Virus record (IMG/VR): IMGVR_UViG_3300048611_000146
Location: 1 to 39,080 of that record
Direction: 5' to 3' (one strand)
Source of the DNA: a virus
Taxonomy: Duplodnaviria > Caudoviricetes
DNA: 39,080 bases
The position numbers and the translations under genes were made by a program. Positions within the stretch are counted from its first letter, which is position 1. Every line of letters begins with the position of its first letter. Shown one piece after another: positions 1-8,261 of this stretch. The notes beneath the pieces are model-generated. The model made no database searches and was not told where the DNA came from. It saw only the letters and a list, made by a program, of their open reading frames with translations.

Positions 1-22
1 CTTGATGACAACCTTGCAAAGC
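1..22. repeat. Terminal direct repeat, copy 1 (assembly circularisation overlap)
   Basis: CTTGATGACAACCTTGCAAAGC at 1-22 is identical to 39059-39080, and the reading frame is continuous across the join. Confidence 0.95.
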
Positions 23-1167
23 AGCTTGACGACGCCGCAGCGTCGCTTGAGCGCAACACGGCTGAGGGCGCAAACCGCATTGAGATGATTCCGCCGCGCG
101 CGCTCGATGAGGTCAAGAAAGCCTTCGATGATCAGATCGAGGCCGCAGGGCAGCGTTCCTACACCGGCAAGATTCTGCGCGGCGCAAAGAACAAGCTCGC
201 TGAGCGCGTCAGTTCCGCAACGGACGGCCTCTATGGTCAGGCGCTCGGCGTGTTCTCCGGCGGCAAACGCCTGCGGGAGTCGATCGATACCGGATACTCC
301 GCCTTCAACATGAAGCCCTGGCAGCTTGAGCAGGCGCTTGAGGGTACTGGCGGACCCGGCGGGATGCTGACGCAGGAGGAGTTCGAGGGCTTCGCCTTCG
401 GCTTCGCGCGCGCCCTTCAGGACAAGATTGACGCCAATGACATTTCCGCCGTTCGCGGATTCCTGCGCAATAAGGCGATGCAGGCGAAGCTCAAGGAAAT
501 GATGGGGTCCGGCTATGCCGGGTTCATGAGCCGGATGCAACGCATTGTGAACCGGCAGGACTTCGACAACTTCGTCACCAAGGGCTCACCGACCGCGCGC
601 ATTCAGGCGGACATTGATGACGCGACGGATGAGGACGTTGTCACCCGCGTCTTTGAGAACCTCGGCGCGCAATCCGGCGGCGGCGGAGCGCCTTCAATCC
701 GGGGAGCGATTGCCTCAGCCACGATCAAACCGATCGCGCGCGGCGCGGCGGACTTCTGGCGCAAGCTGCGCTATCGCGGCATTGGCGACCCGGAAATAAA
801 CGAGCGCCTCGGCAAGCGCATGTTCACGCCTATGACTGACACACAGATGCGGCAGTTGCGGCGGGACCTTACCAACGCGCCGCAGCCTCGGCTTACTGAG
901 CTTCCTGACCGGCTGGGGCTTGCGTCCGGGGTTGCGGGCGCCCAAGCGGCGGGCCGTGACGCCGTCGATGCGGGGCAGTCTGAGGACCGCGCTGAGGTTC
1001 TCGTCGAGGACTTCGACGCCGCGCTTATGGAGCGCTACCTAGACCCGTCAACCTCGCCTGAGGAGCTGAAAGCGATAGAGGCGCATTTCGGGCCGCAGGC
1101 GGCTGAGCTGTACGCAATGCGCCTGCAGCGGATGAGCGTTGCGCGCGGCGCCGGTGCGCCTCAATGA
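1..1167 (+). CDS. C-terminal part of a large DNA ejection / internal virion protein (continues from 37709; about 838 aa in total)
   Basis: Frame 1 is open from base 1 (LDDNLAKQLDD...) through the ORF-track start at 85 to TGA at 1167. It joins in frame with the ORF from 37709. The protein is helical and Ala/Gly-rich and follows two other ejection-type genes. Confidence 0.7.
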   Translation, partial: LDDNLAKQLDDAAASLERNTAEGANRIEMIPPRALDEVKKAFDDQIEAAGQRSYTGKILRGAKNKLAERVSSATDGLYGQALGVFSGGKRLRESIDTGYSAFNMKPWQLEQALEGTGGPGGMLTQEEFEGFAFGFARALQDKIDANDISAVRGFLRNKAMQAKLKEMMGSGYAGFMSRMQRIVNRQDFDNFVTKGSPTARIQADIDDATDEDVVTRVFENLGAQSGGGGAPSIRGAIASATIKPIARGAADFWRKLRYRGIGDPEINERLGKRMFTPMTDTQMRQLRRDLTNAPQPRLTELPDRLGLASGVAGAQAAGRDAVDAGQSEDRAEVLVEDFDAALMERYLDPSTSPEELKAIEAHFGPQAAELYAMRLQRMSVARGAGAPQ

Positions 1168-1342
1168 GCAGCGCCGGGACGTAGCCAAGCGCCAGCATCA
1201 GAAGAAACAGCGCAGGCCAGAGCAGGGAAGGCTCAGTCCGGCTTGCCGCTTCAGTGATGGGCCACACCAGGAACAGGATCGGGACCAACGCAAAGCTGGT
1301 CAGAACGCTCACTACGCTCAGCACCTTCAAAGTCTTGGACAT
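1025..1342 (-). CDS. Small two-TM inner-membrane protein, possible superinfection exclusion moron
   Basis: MSKTLKVLSVVSVLTSFALVPILFLVWP...LLWPALFLLMLALGYVPALLI contains two hydrophobic helices. It fills the 1168-1353 gap on the opposite strand, and its 3' tail overlaps the end of the ejection gene. Confidence 0.5.
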   Translation of the reverse strand: MSKTLKVLSVVSVLTSFALVPILFLVWPITEAASRTEPSLLWPALFLLMLALGYVPALLIEAHRRRAQRSSAAGALRTAQPPAARNAPLSLSAPQARLTGLGSAP

Positions 1343-1353
1343 GACGGAGCCCC

Positions 1354-3387
1354 ATGGCTGATCTGGCACAACAAATAGGCCAGTTTCTCGCGAAACGTAA
1401 GGCCGTGGTCTCGCAAATCCTTGCCCAAGGCGGGGAGCGGGAGCAGGCCCTCCTCAAGCAATACGGCGCCCCGTCGACCCTGGACGCCGTCGTTGCCGGG
1501 GCTCAGCAGGGCTTTGCGCACGGCTTTGCGGATGACATCGAGCGCATGAATGACCCGGACGGGGTCGCCAAGGCGCAAATCCGCGCCCAGGCGGCTCACC
1601 CGGGCGCCTACACGGCCGCAACCCTTGCCGGGACAATGCTGACCGCCGGGGCTCTCCGGGGCGCTGGGGGCGTCATTGGCCGGCAGAGGGCCGCTGGAGC
1701 CCGGGCGGGCTCCCGCGCCTCTGGGGCCGCTGGAGGCAGCGCCTGGGCGTCAAAGAACGCGGAACGCGCCCGGCAGATCGAGGAGAAGTGGTCTCAGTTC
1801 CCCTTACCCGGCGTCAAGCCGCAGCACCGGGGCTTGGTCATGGACGCCGGCCACGGCGCCGCCTGGGGCTATGGCGGGGCTGACGTGCAGGAGAGTGAGG
1901 GCGCGGCTGATCCTCGCCGCTTCTGGCGGGCCATTGCCGGCGGCGCTGGGGCGGCCGTGGCGGCCCCGCTGAGCGCCTCCGCGACGGTGGCGGCAAGCAA
2001 TATCCCACTCGCCTTCGGCAAGCGCCGGGCGTTCTCAAAACGGATGCTTGAACCGCCGGGCGTCACCCGGGAGAACCCCGCTGGCCGGCCCCGGGATGCA
2101 ATCGAGATCGCCCGCAGCATGGATGAAAGCGCGGCGCGCGGCGCGACCGGCTCCGGCATCATCAGGCGTGACACCGTCCCGCCGCTGAGGTCAGAGCAGC
2201 CGCACATTCAGAAGCTCGCGGATCAGTCGCTTGCCCCGGTCGCCGGAAGCAGGATTGCGGAGCTGCGGGGTCAGCAGCGTGAATCCGCCGCCTCAGCGCT
2301 TGAGGCTGCAGAGGTCAACAAAAGCGGCGTCGGTCTCCGCCAGCAGCCGGACAAGGTCGGTGAGTATGTCAACGCGATGATGGAGGCTTTCCACCGCCGG
2401 GACATTCAGGCGCTGCAGTCGTGGATATCGACGCTGCGGGGCGCTAACCGGCGCAACCCGGAAATCATGCCGCGCGTCCGTGCTTCCGTCGCCCGCAGCC
2501 TTGCAACGCAGGAGCGGGCGCAGCCGGGCCTCAATGACACTCCTGAGGTCACCGCCTTCCTGCGGGCGCTCGGCATGGGACCCAGCGCCAAGGGCGGCCG
2601 TCCTGGCGCGCTGGCGACGGCGCGGGCCGGCGGGGCTGAGCGCTTCCCGACGCAGCGCTATGAGGATGCGCTGGCGCGCACGGCGGAGGAAACCCCTATG
2701 CGCCCGCGTCACGCTGAGCGCCTGCGTGAGGAAATGGAGGGCTTTGAGCCAGGACCCTACACGGCGCCGGCTGACCGCAGGCGCGGACCTCCGGTGACGG
2801 CGCGCGGGGATGACCAGCCCTACTTTCTCAACCCGACAGACTTTTTCAAGGAGGGCAGGGTCAACAATGCCGAGGTCAACATGGCGGGCTTTATGTCCGG
2901 GCCTATCGCCTACGGCCTTGAGCGCGGCGCTGTCGGTCCCGCTGACCGCTTCATGTTCGGATCCCCGGAGGATGAGCCGATCGAGGGGGTATTTTCCGAA
3001 GTCCAGGCGCCGCCGCAGGCTCAGCCTGAACAGGGCCTGCTTGCGGACCTCCGCCCGGCCGCTCCGGCGCGTCAGGCGCCTATGCAGCAGGCTCCCGCGG
3101 CAGCTCCGCCCGCCGCCGTTCCTGCGCCTCAGCAGGCCGCGCCTGCCCCACCGCCGAGCGGTAACGCGGTCAGGGACATTCAGCGGCTCCTCTTGTCAGC
3201 GGGCTTTGACGTAGGCCCTGAGGGGGATGACGGCATCATCGGCGGCAACACCCAGGCCGCAATCGAGGCGTTCGCGCGTATCTCAAACATGCCGGGAGAG
3301 ATCACGCCGGAGCGCGTGCTTGCGCGCCTGCAAGCCTACCCGCGTGAGCGCCTGGCTGAAGACCTTACAGCCGCAATCGGACAGTGA
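1354..3387 (+). CDS. Putative ejection/internal virion protein with C-terminal peptidoglycan-binding (PG_binding_1-like) domain
   Basis: GGAG RBS. N-terminal AGAQQGFAHGFADD motif and Gly/Ala-rich hydrophobic segments, then a Pro/Ala/Gln linker. The C-terminus SGNAVRDIQRLLLSAGFDVGPEGDDGIIGGNTQAAIEAF fits the PG-binding consensus (V..LQ..L...GY....DG.FG..T..A...F). Confidence 0.65.
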   Translation: MADLAQQIGQFLAKRKAVVSQILAQGGEREQALLKQYGAPSTLDAVVAGAQQGFAHGFADDIERMNDPDGVAKAQIRAQAAHPGAYTAATLAGTMLTAGALRGAGGVIGRQRAAGARAGSRASGAAGGSAWASKNAERARQIEEKWSQFPLPGVKPQHRGLVMDAGHGAAWGYGGADVQESEGAADPRRFWRAIAGGAGAAVAAPLSASATVAASNIPLAFGKRRAFSKRMLEPPGVTRENPAGRPRDAIEIARSMDESAARGATGSGIIRRDTVPPLRSEQPHIQKLADQSLAPVAGSRIAELRGQQRESAASALEAAEVNKSGVGLRQQPDKVGEYVNAMMEAFHRRDIQALQSWISTLRGANRRNPEIMPRVRASVARSLATQERAQPGLNDTPEVTAFLRALGMGPSAKGGRPGALATARAGGAERFPTQRYEDALARTAEETPMRPRHAERLREEMEGFEPGPYTAPADRRRGPPVTARGDDQPYFLNPTDFFKEGRVNNAEVNMAGFMSGPIAYGLERGAVGPADRFMFGSPEDEPIEGVFSEVQAPPQAQPEQGLLADLRPAAPARQAPMQQAPAAAPPAAVPAPQQAAPAPPPSGNAVRDIQRLLLSAGFDVGPEGDDGIIGGNTQAAIEAFARISNMPGEITPERVLARLQAYPRERLAEDLTAAIGQ

Positions 3388-3953
3388 CGGAGGCTGCAAT
3401 GCAGATGAACCGCACGCGTGAGCGTGCTGACCGCTTTGAGCTGCGCGGATGGACCTATCCGTTTCACCGTCAGGTTGATGGGCCGGTCCTCTCCCGGCTT
3501 GACCCGGACACTGCGGAAACCCAGTGGCTTCCGCTGCGCGGCCGCAAGTACCCGGTTGAGGTCAGGCCCGGTGACGTGCAGAGCATCAGCCGGCAGGTTC
3601 TCGGGATTGAGCTTCCGCCGTGCAAGGGGCTCAACACCCAGACGGAACCGCCGTCGGCAGAGGGGGAGCGCGTCACTGAGACGGACGGTGAGCCTATCCC
3701 GGACTCCAGCGCGCCTATGGTGTCAGAAGCACTGCGGGCGCTCATGCGGCCTGAGGAGAGCATTGCAGATGCAAAGGCCCGCCTCACGGCGGAGCTGCGG
3801 GCGGAGTTCGAGGAGGTCAACAACCTCAACATGAGTGGCGCCGGGGAGCGCGCCTGGGAGGATGGAAATACCGTCGCTGACCGGTTCAAGGAATTGTCCG
3901 CGCTGTTCGATGAGCTGGCGCGCCTCGGGGACGTGAGGCCCGCAAATGGGTGA
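3384..3953 (+). CDS. Hypothetical protein
   Basis: 189-aa ORF with a GTGA overlap on the upstream stop; alternative ATG at 3399 after GGAGG. Overlaps the next gene. Confidence 0.7.
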   Translation: MTEAAMQMNRTRERADRFELRGWTYPFHRQVDGPVLSRLDPDTAETQWLPLRGRKYPVEVRPGDVQSISRQVLGIELPPCKGLNTQTEPPSAEGERVTETDGEPIPDSSAPMVSEALRALMRPEESIADAKARLTAELRAEFEEVNNLNMSGAGERAWEDGNTVADRFKELSALFDELARLGDVRPANG

Positions 3954-4404
3954 CGGGTCGGAGGCGTTATCCATCGATGCACTTATGCTCAACATGGTCA
4001 GCCGAATGGGCGCCATGGAGCAGGCGATCAGGCAAGCCCCTACGCATGAAAAACTAGGGCTGATGTTCAATGAGGTTCGCCGGGATTTTGGCGAGCGCTT
4101 CACGTCATCAGAGGGTCATGTCCGCACGCTGATTGAGAAGTACGAGTCTGACAATCAGCAGCGGACCACTGCCAACAACGTGCAGATGCAGGGCTGGGCC
4201 TCCTCTGCCGCGAAGGCGGCGGCGAAGGAGGCTTTAGCCGAACAGCGCCAAATTGAAGCAGAGGCGCGCGCCGCCGTTCAGAAATCTGACGAGGACTTGG
4301 AAAGGCGCATTCGCACCGCCAACGCGAGAAGCTGGGGCAGCGTCATCATTGCGGTTGCCGGCGTCGGGTATGGCGTCGCCAAGGGCCAGGGATGGATTCC
4401 GTGA
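3946..4404 (+). CDS. Coiled-coil protein with single C-terminal TM helix (holin/XhlA-like topology candidate)
   Basis: GAGG RBS. Helical body rich in A/E/Q/R, ending in hydrophobic WGSVIIAVAGVGYGVA. Located upstream of the endolysin. Confidence 0.65.
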   Translation: MGDGSEALSIDALMLNMVSRMGAMEQAIRQAPTHEKLGLMFNEVRRDFGERFTSSEGHVRTLIEKYESDNQQRTTANNVQMQGWASSAAKAAAKEALAEQRQIEAEARAAVQKSDEDLERRIRTANARSWGSVIIAVAGVGYGVAKGQGWIP

Positions 4405-5606
4405 TAAAAAACATGCTGAGCGGACTCAAGGATCGCTTCAAACGGAAGCCGAAGGCGGAAAGCCCGAAGCTCCCGCCGCGCGCTGACCGGATCACCCGCG
4501 CGGTCCTGTGGTCGGCGGACAAGGTTCTCCTGTTCGCCTGCCTTGGCGGCATCACCGCCGTCTACATTCTGGACGGGCTGTTCTTCGCTTCAGTCGGCGG
4601 TGAGCTATGGGTGCTGTTTATCCTTGTCGGCCTCGTCCTGCGCTCATTCGTCGTCGGCGGCGGCGTGGTGCTGCAGGGCATTCGCGGACGCCCGGGAACG
4701 TTCATAGCGGGGCTGACGCTTCGCTCTCTGCAAATCTTCTGCGCCGCCGGCATCGTGCTCGCGCCGATCAACTTTTTCGCGGCGTCGCACTTTCAGAAAG
4801 CCTACGAGGCGGAATCGATCGGGGCCTCTGCGACGGCCTCGACCGGCAGCAAGGAGGCGCGGATTGCCCGCCTTGAGAAGCGCCGGACGGATGCGGCGGC
4901 TAACCGTGACGTTGCCATTGCCGCGTCTAAGAGCACGGCTGAAATCATTAAGGACCAGGTTGTAGGTACGTCCTCGGCAGACAATGAAACGTTGCGCCTG
5001 GCAGCGGACAACGCCGCGCAGGCCGTCACCAACTTCACGACGACTGACGCGGAAATCAGCGACCAGATCGAGGCCATCGAGAAGGAGCGTGAGGACGTCG
5101 TCACCACGGCGGCGGGGCAGGAGGCGCTGAGCTTCCATACCTGGCCGGTGTTCATCTGGCTGGGCGGACAATTCCCGGTCACGGACATTGACCCCGCAAC
5201 CGGCCTGCACAAGCCGGGCTCGGATATCATCTATGCCAACTGGATACTGCTCTACCTCGCGCTGCTGATTGAGGTCTGCGTGTTCTTCGCGCTCGGCGCC
5301 TATACGCAGCTCCACGGCTACTTCCGCGCCATGCTGGACGGGCTCAAAAGGGAAGCGCCGGCCGCAACGATCACCGTCAAAACCGTTCCGGCTGCGGAGG
5401 TCTTCGATATCGAGGACTTGAATGATGAGCCGGCGGAAACCTCGCCGGTCAATGACCCTGACGCGGCCCGGCGTGAGCACCTTGCCCGCATCGGCAAGAA
5501 AGGCCGTGAGTCTCAGGAGCATCAGCGCGCGGGAGAGCAGACCCCTTTCCGCGTCCCGCTCGATGACTGGCGTGAGCGTTCGCGGATGAACGGAGCCGGC
5601 CAATGA
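4392..5606 (+). CDS. Multi-pass membrane protein with long coiled coil (DUF4407-like topology)
   Basis: Three to four N-terminal hydrophobic helices, an Ala-rich coiled coil (KEARIARLEKRRTDAAANRD...ISDQIEAIEKERE), a further TM (IIYANWILLYLALLIEVCVFFALG) and a charged tail. The start may be GTG 4401 or ATG 4413. Confidence 0.75.
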   Translation: MDSVIKNMLSGLKDRFKRKPKAESPKLPPRADRITRAVLWSADKVLLFACLGGITAVYILDGLFFASVGGELWVLFILVGLVLRSFVVGGGVVLQGIRGRPGTFIAGLTLRSLQIFCAAGIVLAPINFFAASHFQKAYEAESIGASATASTGSKEARIARLEKRRTDAAANRDVAIAASKSTAEIIKDQVVGTSSADNETLRLAADNAAQAVTNFTTTDAEISDQIEAIEKEREDVVTTAAGQEALSFHTWPVFIWLGGQFPVTDIDPATGLHKPGSDIIYANWILLYLALLIEVCVFFALGAYTQLHGYFRAMLDGLKREAPAATITVKTVPAAEVFDIEDLNDEPAETSPVNDPDAARREHLARIGKKGRESQEHQRAGEQTPFRVPLDDWRERSRMNGAGQ

Positions 5607-7105
5607 GCACGCGCCGCACCGTAGCAATGGACCTTGGAACGACCAACAGCTGCATTGCGTTTCATGATGGGCGGAAGGCCTACGTGATCGAGCAGGCAAA
5701 CGGAGATGACATTCTCCCTTCCGTCGTTGCGTTCAAGTTGGACCCGCTTGACATCGTGGCCGGCAATCCCGCGATCACGGAAGGGCGGATTACGCCTGAC
5801 CTCTGCTACCGTCATGTAAAGCGCCTGCTCGGCGTCCGCTGGCATTCCCAGGAGGATCAGGGGTCGCAAGCCTGCGAAGGCCCGGACGGCATGACCTGGC
5901 TGCGTGGGCCGGTTGTCGACGGTCGGCCGGAGGGACGCTGGGCGCCGGCGGAGGTTCAGGCCGTCATCATCAAGACTCTGCTCGATGCGGCGGAGACGCA
6001 TTTCGGAGAGCGCCCGACGCGCGCGCTCATCACTGTCCCGGCGGACTTCGATGACCCGCCGCGCCGGGCCACAATCGAGGCCGCGCGCATCGCCGGGCTT
6101 GAGGACGTAACGCTCCTCAATGAGCCTACGGCGGCGGCCATCGCCTACGGCGCCGGGCGCTCGAAATTTGCCCGGATTGTCGTCTATGACTGGGGCGGCG
6201 GAACGTTCGACATCAGCGCCATCAGGGCGGGCGGCCCTCGTATCGAGGTTCTCGGATCGAACGGCAACGCCAAGCTCGGCGGTTCTGACATCACGCGCCG
6301 CATCGTCCATGAGCTGCGCCGCCGCTGGATAGCGATGGGGCGCCCGGCGCTGGCTGAAAATCACGCAACCTCGACCCGGCTATGGGATGCGGCTGAGGAG
6401 GCAAAGATCGCGCTCAGCACGCAGTCAAAGCACACGGTCCACGTTCAGACCATCGCGAACGTCGAGGGCCTTGGCTTCACTGACCTGCGTGAGACGCTGA
6501 CAAAGCAAGAGCTTGAGGAGATGGTCAGCGACCTTGTGCAGGAAACGATTGACTGCTGCGCCAGGGCGCTTGAGCAGGCAGGCCTTACAAAGGATGACGT
6601 TGATGAGGTCATCCTTGTCGGCGGTCAAACAAGAATGCCGCTCGTCCAGGAGCGGGTTGCGCAGTTCTTCGGCAAGAAGCCGCAGACGAAGCTGAGCCCT
6701 GAAAAGGTCGTGGTCCTGGGCGCCGCAACGCGCGCGGCGCAGCTTGACAACCGCGGCGGGGATGACCGCTTCACCCTGTCTGACCGCTCCTCACACTCAA
6801 TCGGTATCGAGACGCTGGACAACGTCCTTTTCGTGGTGATCCCGCGCGGTGCGCCGCTTCCTGCAAGCCGCGCGGTTGCGGTGACGAACGCGCGAGACAA
6901 TCTCAGCGCGCTTAGCGTGCTCATCCGGCAGGGTGAGGAGGACCGCGCGGACCTCAACGTCCTGCTTGCCGAGGAAGTCTTGACGGTCGAGCCCTGCCCG
7001 GCCGGCGAGGTCGAAGAGGTCCTGAATTTTCTGATCGATGATAGCGGAATGGCGCGCGTCACCTACGGCGAGCGCATCCTCTATGAGGGGGCGGCCGTTG
7101 AATGA
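5603..7105 (+). CDS. Hsp70/DnaK-family ATPase lacking the helical lid
   Basis: All three Hsp70 signature regions are recognisable: MDLGTTNSC, VYDWGGGTFDIS and VILVGGQTRMP. Also ITVPADF, NEPTAAAIAYG, AEEAKIALS and SIGIET. At 500 aa it ends within the beta substrate-binding domain. Confidence 0.93.
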   Translation: MSTRRTVAMDLGTTNSCIAFHDGRKAYVIEQANGDDILPSVVAFKLDPLDIVAGNPAITEGRITPDLCYRHVKRLLGVRWHSQEDQGSQACEGPDGMTWLRGPVVDGRPEGRWAPAEVQAVIIKTLLDAAETHFGERPTRALITVPADFDDPPRRATIEAARIAGLEDVTLLNEPTAAAIAYGAGRSKFARIVVYDWGGGTFDISAIRAGGPRIEVLGSNGNAKLGGSDITRRIVHELRRRWIAMGRPALAENHATSTRLWDAAEEAKIALSTQSKHTVHVQTIANVEGLGFTDLRETLTKQELEEMVSDLVQETIDCCARALEQAGLTKDDVDEVILVGGQTRMPLVQERVAQFFGKKPQTKLSPEKVVVLGAATRAAQLDNRGGDDRFTLSDRSSHSIGIETLDNVLFVVIPRGAPLPASRAVAVTNARDNLSALSVLIRQGEEDRADLNVLLAEEVLTVEPCPAGEVEEVLNFLIDDSGMARVTYGERILYEGAAVE

Positions 7106-7109
7106 GGAA

Positions 7110-8249
7110 ATGAGCACAAGCCGGGCGGGTCAGGAGCTTATCGCCAGCTTCGAGGGCGCACCGCGCCTGAAGGCCCGCCTTTGTGAGGGCGGGAAGTGGG
7201 AGCTGAGTTACGGCTGCACGACCTGGGATGACAACCGGCCGGTGAGGGAGGGTGACACCTGCACGCCGGATGAGGCTCTGCGTCTGTTCGCCTTTCACCT
7301 TCGAGAAAAGGAGGAGATCGTTGAGCGACACGTCCGCGTCCCGCTCAATCAGCATCAGTATGACGCGCTCGTCTCTCTGGTCTACAATATCGGTGAGGGT
7401 GACGGCCCTGCTGACGGGTTCGAGGATTCCACCGTCCTGCGCATGATCAATGCGACCGGCGGGCCGCGTTGGATGGACGCTGCGGACGCGTTTGCGAAGT
7501 GGGTTTATGCCACGAAGCTGGCAAGCCAGCGCAAGGCAGATGAGCCGATTGCGTGGTACACCGGCCCTGACGGTCAGGCGGTTCCCTACAAGCGCGCACT
7601 CAACGGACTGCTCCGGCGCCGGCACGCTGAGGCATGCATGTTCATGAGCCGTGACTGGCGGCAGGCCTGCGGCCCTGGCTCACCCTTCATCAAGCTTGAG
7701 ACTGAGCAGTTTTGGAACGCTGAGCGTGGCCGGAATGAGGACCGCATCCTCATCCGAACCGAGTTCACCCAAATCTGGGAGATCGCGCGTCACTACCCGT
7801 TGCCGGAGGCTGCGCCAGATCCCAAGCCGGCGGTTGCGGCCGTCACTCCGCCGCCAGCGCTCAAACCCGCCGCGCCGCCTCCGGTCGTGGTTACGCCTTC
7901 CGCCGCAAAGCCGCAGATCACGCCGCCGGAAAACGTCGCGGTCGACGTGAGCAATTGGAACATCGGCAAGATCAAGGTCGAGAACGGCGCGAAGATCATG
8001 GAAACGTCGGATCGCGCCGTCGCGGTCGGGCTCAAGCTCGGCGGGATCGCCGTCAAAACGTTCGTCCAGCATCGCGTCATCCCGGCGTGGATGGGCGCGA
8101 TTACTTTTGAGGTCATTACTGACCCGGTGATGGTCGCGGCCATCACTATCGGCGTTGTCGGCGTGTGGACCTGGGGCCACTCCCTAGTTGTCGCCGGCCG
8201 GAGGAAGCGTGCGAAGCACGCCGAGACCGCATCGACGCTGTCATACTGA
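7110..8249 (+). CDS. Endolysin, GH24 phage lysozyme with Pro-rich linker and C-terminal TM segments
   Basis: ELIASFEGAPRLKARLCEGGKWELSYGCT, PLNQHQYDALVSLVYNIG, AADAFAKWVY and LNGLLRRRHAE match the phage muramidase pattern. Start is ATG 7110 (GAGG upstream) or TTG 7098; the ORF-track start at 7038 is probably too long. Confidence 0.88.
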   Translation: MSTSRAGQELIASFEGAPRLKARLCEGGKWELSYGCTTWDDNRPVREGDTCTPDEALRLFAFHLREKEEIVERHVRVPLNQHQYDALVSLVYNIGEGDGPADGFEDSTVLRMINATGGPRWMDAADAFAKWVYATKLASQRKADEPIAWYTGPDGQAVPYKRALNGLLRRRHAEACMFMSRDWRQACGPGSPFIKLETEQFWNAERGRNEDRILIRTEFTQIWEIARHYPLPEAAPDPKPAVAAVTPPPALKPAAPPPVVVTPSAAKPQITPPENVAVDVSNWNIGKIKVENGAKIMETSDRAVAVGLKLGGIAVKTFVQHRVIPAWMGAITFEVITDPVMVAAITIGVVGVWTWGHSLVVAGRRKRAKHAETASTLSY

Positions 8250-8261
8250 AGGAGGCCGGGC

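Noticed and set aside
1-22. 22-bp terminal repeat as a biological direct terminal repeat or att site
   Set aside because: It falls in the middle of a coding frame and its length fits an assembler k-mer overlap. The attP is at 9526-9717.
3010-3155. GC-rich low-complexity stretch as a DNA repeat element
   Set aside because: It is explained by the Pro/Ala/Gln protein linker before the PG-binding domain.
5603-7105. Host dnaK contamination or prophage flank
   Set aside because: The gene is overlap-coupled to phage genes, truncated and divergent, with no dnaJ/grpE context, inside a closed circular genome. Read-level confirmation is still advisable.
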